From: a virus | Lineage: Duplodnaviria; Heunggongvirae; Uroviricota; Caudoviricetes | Virus record (IMG/VR): IMGVR_UViG_3300000553_000006 | Span: 1-64,000 of that record | Strand: one strand, 5' to 3' | Length of the DNA stretch: 64,000 nt | Shown: positions 56,499-64,000 of the stretch, one piece after another | How the letters are laid out: each line of letters opens with the position of its first letter | Position numbering within the stretch: the first letter of the stretch is position 1 | Translations under genes and position numbers: made by a program | Notes under the pieces: model-generated | The model's input: the letters and a program-made list of their open reading frames with translations, nothing else | The model's database searches: none | Told to the model about the DNA's origin: nothing

Positions 56499-57169
56499 TA
56501 ATTTTCTTCCTTTTGTTCATTCCAATAGTCTTCGAGCATCGGGAAGTGATGAAGAACAATGTCTTTGCACTGCTCAGCAATAATCCTATGCTCCTTTTGA
56601 GTCCCCACATCAGTACGTAGATCGATGTAGTGGATCCAGCTACGCAGAGTACCTGACATATATAGCGTCGTTTCTGTCAAGCCTTCGGGTAGAACTGCTC
56701 TTGCTTGTTCTTTGGCGATGCCTTTAGCGAGAGCCCATTTATAGATATTCGCTGCATAATCAGCAACTTCTGTTTGCTTCATACACCATTCTTCTTGAAG
56801 AAAACGATCATCAGTTTCAATTGAGTTCTGACGATTCTTCTTATCCTGAAGACGCGCTTCTCTGTTGTTGATGAATGAAGTAGCTTCAGCATATCGTTGA
56901 CTAAACTCTTGGAAAGAGAAGCTACGATGACGAAGAATTTGTCTTGAGATGTCACGTGTTGTTTGAATCTCAATAGTAACTGATACCATCTCAAATGGAC
57001 TAAAATGTTTATGATCCAACAGATACTTAATCAGTCTCGGAGCAGTTTGCATATTTGCTTGATTGGCTGGATTACTAACTCTTGCAGCATAAGCAATTAA
57101 TTCCGCCGCCGTATTACATCCTGTAGAAGCACTTGGTTTAGTGATTCCTACCAAAGACACATTTCCCAT
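56498..57169 (-). CDS. thyX: flavin-dependent thymidylate synthase ThyX
   Basis: ThyX signature RHRSFSFQEFS (RHR-x7-S); 223 aa. Confidence 0.8.
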   Translation of the reverse strand: MGNVSLVGITKPSASTGCNTAAELIAYAARVSNPANQANMQTAPRLIKYLLDHKHFSPFEMVSVTIEIQTTRDISRQILRHRSFSFQEFSQRYAEATSFINNREARLQDKKNRQNSIETDDRFLQEEWCMKQTEVADYAANIYKWALAKGIAKEQARAVLPEGLTETTLYMSGTLRSWIHYIDLRTDVGTQKEHRIIAEQCKDIVLHHFPMLEDYWNEQKEEN

Positions 57170-57170
57170 A

Positions 57171-57746
57171 TTATTCCTTTCTATATACCATACCAGCTAC
57201 CCAGTCTGAGCCGGGTGATACTTTAGATCGTTTTCTTTTACCTTCTGGATTTACCCACCAAATAGTATTTTGTACAGCTTTACTTCCATGACTATTGGAA
57301 GTAGTATCTAAAAATCCAGCACACCTTTCTTTAGCAACTAATCCAGCACGTTGAGCATTTTTTCTTGCTAATATAGGATCTGCATTTATAGCGTGTATCC
57401 CAACTTTATTCTTTACAGTTTTATATGCTGCTTGAGTTGATATTTCAGATCTTCTTTCTTTAGACATTTTTTGGAAATTGTGATTTCCAGAATCATAAAT
57501 TTTCTTTTGAGATAAAGAAGCAGCGTTTTTAATTTCTTCTTTACTTGCTCCATTTATTCTAAGTAATATAGCTTGGACTGCACCCCAATCATTCTGCTTT
57601 TTGTGTATTTCTAAATGCTCTTGAATAGTTACTAACTGAAGATTAGTTGGATCGTCATTAAAATGATTACCGTCTATATGGTGAATTTCATAACCCTCTG
57701 GAATTTTTAGATTATTATATTCTTCCCAAATTTTTCTATAGTGCAT
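57171..57746 (-). CDS. HNH homing endonuclease
   Basis: EIHHIDGNHFNDDPTNLQLVTIQEHLEIH; late box at 57782..57789. Confidence 0.7.
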   Translation of the reverse strand: MHYRKIWEEYNNLKIPEGYEIHHIDGNHFNDDPTNLQLVTIQEHLEIHKKQNDWGAVQAILLRINGASKEEIKNAASLSQKKIYDSGNHNFQKMSKERRSEISTQAAYKTVKNKVGIHAINADPILARKNAQRAGLVAKERCAGFLDTTSNSHGSKAVQNTIWWVNPEGKRKRSKVSPGSDWVAGMVYRKE

Positions 57747-57798
57747 ATCTATCTCCTACATTGGTCGCCGTTCGAAGATATTTATACATTATATTCTC

Positions 57799-58134
57799 CT
57801 ACCATGAGTCATAATCCGTCAAATCGTATTTCCATTCCTTCTTGTCTTTCTCAAATCCAATGGTATATACCGCACAAGTAATAACACCAATAGAGGTAGG
57901 AGTAAACTCGTAACTTAATCCACCACCGATAGCTCCCTCGTATGGGTAACCATCCTTCCAAGAATCCTTATGAAAGATAGTTGGGTTCTTAGTATTCTTC
58001 TTCTGATACTTGATTACTTCAGGATACACTGTGTTCTTAAGCCAAACTGAAATCTTTTCATGTTGACTCTTGGTGATACCAAATGTAAAGTACTCAGCCT
58101 CAAATTCTTCATCTTCCATTATACTTTTCTCCAC
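57799..58134 (-). CDS. hypothetical protein
   Basis: 111-aa ORF. Confidence 0.4.
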   Translation of the reverse strand: MEKSIMEDEEFEAEYFTFGITKSQHEKISVWLKNTVYPEVIKYQKKNTKNPTIFHKDSWKDGYPYEGAIGGGLSYEFTPTSIGVITCAVYTIGFEKDKKEWKYDLTDYDSW

Positions 58135-59138
58135 TCAGTCAACTTAAGCTGAGCCATTAACCCAGAGTAAGTATTTGCATTGATAATTGACTGTACATCT
58201 TCACTATCCATACCTGAAAGAACCATATCGTTGATGTCTTTTTCATGTATATTTGAAGGCCAGATACATACACTATACCCTAACTTGACTTTTTTGTCAA
58301 GCCTTTTAACTATTTCTTTGTTCCTTGGCTCATTATCAAATACGTATACTACTGTACAGAAGTCTTTCGGTAAAGCAACGTCAGATCCTGCCATGGCTAC
58401 ACTGTTCTGAATGAACATAGAGTCGATCGGACCTTCAAGAACATAGACCGTCTTTGATTTATCTACTGTGTCAAGACCATACAACTTGGTTGCATCTTCT
58501 TTCAACATGATAGTAATGTATCGAATACTTTTGGGATTGAACGCTCTACCCTGAAAGCCGATCATTTCCTTGTTCTCATCAAAGAACGGAATGACTAATC
58601 TCGGCTCGTCATACTTCTCATCAAGCTTATCAGGAATGATACTATTCACCCATTGTGCAAATTTGGGTGCATAGAACAGTTTAGCGTGATAGAAGTTCGG
58701 AATCTTACGCTTTACTACGTATTGTTTTACAGGATGATCGTGTGCCAGCTGCGAAACCTTTTTCAGTTTAGCAAGCGGTTTACCTTTCTTCAAATACTCT
58801 GGATAAGCAAATTCAAGAGGCTCTTTCTTCTTCTCAGGCTTCGGTTGCTCATCTTGCGCAAGGAATCGTTCGCGAATATACTCTTCGTATAATCCTTCAT
58901 CAATACGCTTCAGGAAGTTTTGAAATGTGGGTGGTGCTCCACAGTTGTGACAACGGTAGAACAACCTATCTTTATGCTGAAAGATATACCCGCGTGCTTT
59001 GATTTTACTCTTGTCAGAGTCACCACAAATTGGGCATCGGAAGTTGGCGAGGTAAGGACTACTGCTCTTTATCTTGAACCGCTTGAGCTTCGATGACAAT
59101 AGGTTGGCATACTTCACGTCTAGCCATGTTTGATACAT
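58119..59138 (-). CDS. DNA primase (T4 gp61-like)
   Basis: FRCPICGDSDKSKIKARGYIF...YRCHNCG zinc-binding region as in T4 gp61. Confidence 0.7.
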   Translation of the reverse strand: MYQTWLDVKYANLLSSKLKRFKIKSSSPYLANFRCPICGDSDKSKIKARGYIFQHKDRLFYRCHNCGAPPTFQNFLKRIDEGLYEEYIRERFLAQDEQPKPEKKKEPLEFAYPEYLKKGKPLAKLKKVSQLAHDHPVKQYVVKRKIPNFYHAKLFYAPKFAQWVNSIIPDKLDEKYDEPRLVIPFFDENKEMIGFQGRAFNPKSIRYITIMLKEDATKLYGLDTVDKSKTVYVLEGPIDSMFIQNSVAMAGSDVALPKDFCTVVYVFDNEPRNKEIVKRLDKKVKLGYSVCIWPSNIHEKDINDMVLSGMDSEDVQSIINANTYSGLMAQLKLTEWRKV

Positions 59139-59206
59139 TCAGATACTCACTTCTATTCATAAATCGTCATACTCTATTATACTCTAAACGCCAATAAAGT
59201 CAAGTC

Positions 59207-59704
59207 TTATTTGTGTAGATTAGCCAAAACGTTGCTGAAGTAGCTTGACAAAAAGCTGAATACTTGAGTAGCTGCGAAACCCAATAATACAGCAATACCT
59301 GTGAACTTCCACTTCCATCCTTCAAGATTGTCAACGCGCTTACCAGTGTTGCTGTAAAAGTTTACTTGATTCTCTTTAATTGTTCCAAGTTCGTCAAGAA
59401 TTCTTTCTTCAAGCTTGTTCATATCTTCCTTAAGATCGAGTTTTGTTTGCTTGATTGTTTCAAAAATCTTAATATCTTGATCTTTGGCTTCGCTACGATG
59501 TTGGTCCAAAATACGATATACCTGTCCAGTTGATTCTTCGTTACGTGCTAGTTTTACTTCATGAACAGCCAATAGTTCTTTAATAGCTGCAGATACATCT
59601 GTCAACTTTTCCATTGTACTATCCAGGCGTTCGAAGAAGCCGGTTATCTGAGTAATGTCGCGTTCCATAAGCGCGACTCTTGTTTCTACATCCAAAGCTG
59701 GCAT
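59207..59704 (-). CDS. coiled-coil protein with C-terminal TM anchor
   Basis: 165 aa; adjacent to the spanin pair. Confidence 0.4.
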   Translation of the reverse strand: MPALDVETRVALMERDITQITGFFERLDSTMEKLTDVSAAIKELLAVHEVKLARNEESTGQVYRILDQHRSEAKDQDIKIFETIKQTKLDLKEDMNKLEERILDELGTIKENQVNFYSNTGKRVDNLEGWKWKFTGIAVLLGFAATQVFSFLSSYFSNVLANLHK

Positions 59705-59715
59705 TGGTAATCCTC

Positions 59716-59973
59716 TTATTTACAGTATTTGTTAATGTGGTCAATCAAAGCATTTTTGTCAAGGATGACACCATTAAGTCGAGCATCGTCATTCAACCAG
59801 TATGTTATAATTTGTTGCTCGGAAATATTCTTATCTGTAATAGGAGGAAGAGGAGCCTCCTTCTTCATCAATGCAGGATCAGGTGTGCAAGGATTAGTCA
59901 GAATGGTGTTACCATCTGTTGCACAACCCGATAATAGTACTGTTGCTGCAAGGACGAGAAATAGATTCTTCAT
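59716..59973 (-). CDS. o-spanin (Rz1-like outer-membrane lipoprotein)
   Basis: Lipobox LLSGC after a signal peptide; immediately downstream of the i-spanin. Confidence 0.6.
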   Translation of the reverse strand: MKNLFLVLAATVLLSGCATDGNTILTNPCTPDPALMKKEAPLPPITDKNISEQQIITYWLNDDARLNGVILDKNALIDHINKYCK

Positions 59974-60353
59974 TACTTCACTCCAGAACGTGCTTTGTTG
60001 ATTTGATCAATTACATCACTATGTATGTCACATGCACGGTTGTCTGGAACAAGCTTCGTAACCGTCTTAATTACGTCTTGAGTAACGACTTGAATCTTGT
60101 CTTTTTGTGCAGTAAGTTGAGCGATGACAATCTTATCACCCTCTACTTGCTTCTTTAGATTTTCTGCTTGGAGTTGTTCTGCTTTTAATTCTCTGGCGTA
60201 TTCGGCAGCCTTACATTGACTGTTGGCTGCTTTGTATCCCATGTTGTAACCTGTAAAAAATAATATAGCAATTACAACAGCGCCAATGATGTATGGAAGT
60301 AGAGTTTTGAATAGCTTAGAATTGAAAAAGCTTAGGATTGATAACCACCACAT
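59973..60353 (-). CDS. i-spanin (Rz-like)
   Basis: N-terminal TM helix then a long coiled coil (ELKAEQLQAENLKKQVEG...). Confidence 0.6.
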   Translation of the reverse strand: MWWLSILSFFNSKLFKTLLPYIIGAVVIAILFFTGYNMGYKAANSQCKAAEYARELKAEQLQAENLKKQVEGDKIVIAQLTAQKDKIQVVTQDVIKTVTKLVPDNRACDIHSDVIDQINKARSGVK

Positions 60354-60580
60354 TACGGAACCTCTCTTCTCATTTTGGTAAGATCTTGGCCAAGCTTTGC
60401 TTCGCTCTTCTTACCTTCTCTCTGGCGCTTTTTCTGAGCGCCACGAAATACAGGTGGAGTTACCTTTGATCCATCTGGTGCAACAACGCTTCCAAGACCT
60501 GCTTGAGCATTAGTTGGAGCTGCTCCACCCATACCACCTGCGCCTGAACCATCTTCTACAAATAATCTGAATGTTTTCAT
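60353..60580 (-). CDS. hypothetical protein
   Basis: 75-aa, Gly-rich then basic. Confidence 0.35.
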   Translation of the reverse strand: MKTFRLFVEDGSGAGGMGGAAPTNAQAGLGSVVAPDGSKVTPPVFRGAQKKRQREGKKSEAKLGQDLTKMRREVP

Positions 60581-60786
60581 GGCAACATATCCAATAGCAT
60601 ACCAGTCTTAGTATCTACGGCGCGAATTCTACGATTCTTGTAGAGTTTCTTAGCGTCTTGCATTCCCTTGATAATATAGACTGGTTGATTGATAGAACGT
60701 GTGATCGTTTTCCAAGTACCTGCTAGGTCTTGAAATTGAATTTCTGCTGAATTTGACTCTGTTAGAAACTCAGATAACGATTTCAT
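60577..60786 (-). CDS. hypothetical protein
   Basis: 69-aa ORF. Confidence 0.35.
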   Translation of the reverse strand: MKSLSEFLTESNSAEIQFQDLAGTWKTITRSINQPVYIIKGMQDAKKLYKNRRIRAVDTKTGMLLDMLP

Positions 60787-61178
60787 TAGATGTTCCTTAA
60801 TACTTCTTCAATATATTTATCGGATGCTATATCCTCACTAGATATAGTTTCGTTCGCAATACCGATGTTATGAATCGTTTTTGGCATAATACCAAGTAAT
60901 TCAAGGAAGGGTTTAAGCTGATTACGTCTATTTTTGATCTTTAGAAACAACATTCGTGCAGTTGGTTCGGCACCAAACAAATTATTCAGGACTATAATGT
61001 GATTGAGAATCAGACGCTCTTTTAGGTCGCCTGATTCTATGTACTGATTAATTAATCGTTTGATGTAGTTAAATCTCTTGAGATCATCGTAAAATTCTAC
61101 TGTGTCATAACACTCTAAGTTGTTATAATGTTTCGCAGCATAAAGTAGAAAGTTCGTCTCATCCAATTTTTCAAGCAT
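60786..61178 (-). CDS. hypothetical protein
   Basis: 130-aa ORF. Confidence 0.45.
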   Translation of the reverse strand: MLEKLDETNFLLYAAKHYNNLECYDTVEFYDDLKRFNYIKRLINQYIESGDLKERLILNHIIVLNNLFGAEPTARMLFLKIKNRRNQLKPFLELLGIMPKTIHNIGIANETISSEDIASDKYIEEVLRNI

Positions 61179-61520
61179 TTAGACCAATCTTATTTTTACT
61201 GTTCCTGTTGTGTCGTAGTATAGTGTATTAAGAGCGATACCTGCGGTAGCTGCAGCAGCATCATCAGCATATGGCCCAAGAGTTGGATTAATCGCAATTT
61301 GAGCTGGAATGTGGAACGTACCGTTTGAGTCAAGATTCGCTGTATAACCACCTACAACATTATTTAGTGATGAGACAACAACATTACTTAGAACGTCAGA
61401 TACGTTGACAGTGGCTAACACAGCACCGTTTCCGGATGTGTTAGCCACCACAACTATTCTGTCAGTATTTGCTACCGATGTTCTAATCGGTAGACTTGAA
61501 GCTTTGATTCCGCCAGCCAT
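61179..61520 (-). CDS. Ala/Thr/Val/Asn-rich beta-rich protein (possible virion protein)
   Basis: 113 aa; composition resembles the next gene. Confidence 0.4.
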   Translation of the reverse strand: MAGGIKASSLPIRTSVANTDRIVVVANTSGNGAVLATVNVSDVLSNVVVSSLNNVVGGYTANLDSNGTFHIPAQIAINPTLGPYADDAAAATAGIALNTLYYDTTGTVKIRLV

Positions 61521-61535
61521 ACTCTAAACTCCAGA

Positions 61536-62396
61536 TTATGTGTTAGGGAATACGTTATTATCGCCAGTATTTTCTGAAGTAATATGCATGGCTACTAGTG
61601 TTTCGTACTGAATACGACCAGAACGACCACCAAGAGTAATTCCGCCTGTTACAGAACCACCAGTGCTTGTGATTAGGTTACCAGTGAAGGTAGCACCTGA
61701 ACCATTTGAAGCAGCACCGTTAGCAGCCTTAACAGCGAATACTAGAGAAGCATTTGCAGCTACGTTTGAGAATAGACCAACATTAGTGATCGATACGTTA
61801 CCAGTCACAAATCCGCCTGTGGCGTTTGTAGAAATGGTAGCACGACCATTAGCGATACCATTACTTACAACAATATAGTCTGTGTTGTTGTAACTAGTTG
61901 GAGTTCCACCAACAGTAATTGTTGAGATGTGTTGTTCTCTATTGAATGCTGCAGTTACAGAAGCAACGTTGGTGAAACCAAATCCAGGAGTAGTTACTGC
62001 GATAGAAGCAATATTACCTGTGGCGTTTGATGTAATTGTACCAATAGCGTTTTGACTTCCGCCTGAAATGGTAATTGTTTCGCCGTTGGCTACGTTTGCA
62101 CTTGAAGATGAACCATTGGCTACTAGAGCAGTTACTGGACCAGTACCTACGATAACCTTTACCCATCCGCCAGATAGACCCTTATTGTGGGCCAAAGCTG
62201 TTTCGACGTTGTCAACACCAAATACACCAACAGCGATACCGTTTACGATCGCATCAGGTGTAGTGTTTCCGTATGCTGAAATCCAGCGTGGGTTGGTGTT
62301 ACCACCAGCCACACCGTTAGCAGCAGCTTTTGCACCAGCAATAGCAACGAACTTAGGTCCGTTGTTTGCTTGGTCAAGACTACCCCATAGACTCAT
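61536..62396 (-). CDS. Gly/Thr/Asn-rich beta-rich protein (possible virion/fibre-like protein)
   Basis: 286 aa, repetitive G/T/N/S beta-strand pattern; minus-sense TATAAATA late box at 62427..62436. Confidence 0.45.
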   Translation of the reverse strand: MSLWGSLDQANNGPKFVAIAGAKAAANGVAGGNTNPRWISAYGNTTPDAIVNGIAVGVFGVDNVETALAHNKGLSGGWVKVIVGTGPVTALVANGSSSSANVANGETITISGGSQNAIGTITSNATGNIASIAVTTPGFGFTNVASVTAAFNREQHISTITVGGTPTSYNNTDYIVVSNGIANGRATISTNATGGFVTGNVSITNVGLFSNVAANASLVFAVKAANGAASNGSGATFTGNLITSTGGSVTGGITLGGRSGRIQYETLVAMHITSENTGDNNVFPNT

Positions 62397-62482
62397 TTTG
62401 TTTCTCCTTAAGAATCTTTTTTATATTTATATTGTTCGGAAACATAATGTAGTCTAGGGATAGCCTCACATACGGTAGTCCC

Positions 62483-63412
62483 TTAGTTCTTAAACTTGGC
62501 TTCTTCCGCTTCCTTACGAAGATTACGACCTTGTGAAAGAACTCCACGAATAGTATTTTCTAGAGCCAATGAACGAGAATCAGCTGTGAAAGTTGAAACA
62601 CGTTGTTCCACCAGAGGAGCAGTTTCAACTGATTCCTTAGTGCTGATTGACCAGTTGTGCTTTGGATCGTGAACAGTACGTTCCTTAGTTTCTTGATCTT
62701 TAGTCCAAGTTCTACCGTGAGCTAGAGAAACCTTTACTGGTGGCTTCTTAGTAGACTTTGCGAATGGACCTTGAGCATAAACGGCTGCGTGTGGATCGCG
62801 GTGAATATGTGAAGCAAAGCCTTCACGTTCCTTCGCATCAAGAATAGTGTCATGCTTGTGTGCTAGGTGCTTAGCAACATCCTTTGAAAGATGAACAGTT
62901 GTACCGTTCTTCTTAATGAAGTTGTCGCCCTTTGTTAGATTGGCAATACGACGTACTTGAGCGATTGGGTGAACAGCTGCTTCATCAGCTGTAATGGCTT
63001 CGTTACCAACTCTTGGTGGACGTCCGCGCTTACGCTTCTTTTCTACTTCTTCTTCAGTTAGACCTTCAGTTGACTCACACATTTCATCATCTCCATCATC
63101 ATTGTCATCGTCGTCATCATCACCGTCGTCTTTATCCTTGTCCTTCTTACCCTTCTTACGAAGCTTCTTGAAGTCGTCGGAATCAAGCTTACCGTTGTCA
63201 TTCTTGTCAAGCTTTTCTTGCTTACCGAATAGTCCCTTTTCTTCAAGAGGAGTAAGCTCAGCTGTGTTTACTTCTCTCTCAATACCATGTTCGAACATAA
63301 CGTCAACAGAAAGAATTTGACCTTCTTCGTCGAATTGCTCGGTTGATGGAAGGACAGTTCCTAGTCCATATTCTTCGTGTTGTACTTTAATCGTCATTTT
63401 ATGGATCTCCAA
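62483..63412 (-). CDS. highly acidic protein with poly-Asp tract and Lys-rich segment
   Basis: DDGDDDDDDNDDGDDE flanked by KKLRKKGKKDKDKDD; 309 aa. Confidence 0.5.
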   Translation of the reverse strand: MEIHKMTIKVQHEEYGLGTVLPSTEQFDEEGQILSVDVMFEHGIEREVNTAELTPLEEKGLFGKQEKLDKNDNGKLDSDDFKKLRKKGKKDKDKDDGDDDDDDNDDGDDEMCESTEGLTEEEVEKKRKRGRPPRVGNEAITADEAAVHPIAQVRRIANLTKGDNFIKKNGTTVHLSKDVAKHLAHKHDTILDAKEREGFASHIHRDPHAAVYAQGPFAKSTKKPPVKVSLAHGRTWTKDQETKERTVHDPKHNWSISTKESVETAPLVEQRVSTFTADSRSLALENTIRGVLSQGRNLRKEAEEAKFKN

Positions 63413-63443
63413 ATAAAGAAGTAGAATTTACTACTATTTATGT

Positions 63444-63884
63444 TTATCGTCCCTTTAAGGATGCGCGAAGCATCCAGCCGTGTTTGCTATGAACATCAAT
63501 TCGTTCTTCAAGGAAGTTAACGATAGCTGGTTCATTTTCTTTCTCAGCGAAAGCATGAGTTTCTTTGAGATTCTTAATCACGATCTCATTGTCAGCAAGA
63601 AGTTGCTTGATCATTCCCATACCAGAAGGGATGGTAGTTTCATCTTTGATATCAGTGAGTTCACTGAATCGTGAAAACGAACCTGGTACATACTCATCAA
63701 GTGTACGTAGGTGCTCTGCAACCGCGTCCACAGCCTCCCACACTTCTGTATAGAGAGTGTCAAAGAACTTATGATACTCATAGAAATCCGGACCCTCTAC
63801 GTTCCAGTGGAAATTATGAGTCTTCAAATAGAAGGCGAATGTGTCTGCAACATTAACCTTGAGCATATCACCCAGCTTCGACAT
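63444..63884 (-). CDS. Dps-like ferritin-fold protein
   Basis: VADTFAFYLKTHNFHWNVEGPDFYEYHKFFDTLYTEVWEAVDAVAEHL fits the Dps ferroxidase-site consensus. Confidence 0.6.
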   Translation of the reverse strand: MSKLGDMLKVNVADTFAFYLKTHNFHWNVEGPDFYEYHKFFDTLYTEVWEAVDAVAEHLRTLDEYVPGSFSRFSELTDIKDETTIPSGMGMIKQLLADNEIVIKNLKETHAFAEKENEPAIVNFLEERIDVHSKHGWMLRASLKGR

Positions 63885-64000
63885 CTGGTTTTCCTTTACG
63901 TTTCTTGAAATCTTGAAGAGTCTTACCAGCCTTCTCTTTTTGAGCTTGATCTGATGTTTGAGATGCTGGCTTTGGAGCAGGAGCAGTTCCTGGAGTTGGT

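Noticed and set aside
1-64000. CRISPR array, integrase, transposase or prophage boundary
   Set aside because: No regular repeat-spacer array, no tyrosine or serine recombinase or DDE motifs, and gene content is lytic-phage replication and accessory genes throughout.

Overview
This 64-kb window looks like the early/middle (replication and nucleotide-metabolism) region of a large T4-like lytic phage; no database search was possible, and all calls rest on motifs read from the ORF translations. Nearly all genes are on the minus strand. T4-type genes I recognise: DNA primase gp61-like, RNase H (rnh-like), ATP-dependent DNA ligase, class Ia RNR NrdA/NrdB with an HNH gene between them, dCMP deaminase, glutaredoxin, PhoH, Rz/Rz1-type spanins, RNA ligase 1 and RNA ligase 2, and a polynucleotide-kinase-like P-loop kinase plus a separate metallophosphoesterase. 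Three promoter classes are visible: minus-sense sigma70-like TTGACATTAAT or TTGCTATTAAT -35 boxes with a 17-bp spacer and -10 boxes such as TAGAAT, GATAAT and TATACT, and T4-late-type TATAAATA boxes. Accessory content is heavy. I count 15 homing-endonuclease genes (9 GIY-YIG, 5 HNH, 1 NUMOD3-only). All five plus-strand HE-family genes at 16640, 20367, 30000, 36972 and 49150 carry a conserved leader with a covarying hairpin. There are 12 tRNAs and 2 atypical tRNA-like genes in two islands. ThyX, a Dps-like ferritin, an SPFH protein, a J-domain protein, a papain-like peptidase, an SpeH-like SAM decarboxylase, a nucleoside 2-deoxyribosyltransferase-like protein, a vWA protein and a truncated NadV (Nampt) fragment are present. 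A GC-rich island of small promoter-gene cassettes lies at about 14.1 to 16.5 kb. The most unusual element is a phage-borne heptose module at 39.7 to 42.9 kb: GmhA isomerase, HddA-type heptose-7-P kinase, a membrane-anchored Ig-like protein and a GT-B glycosyltransferase, with a TylF-like O-methyltransferase 7 kb away. This could be an undescribed sugar-modification system for virion protein, DNA or host envelope.
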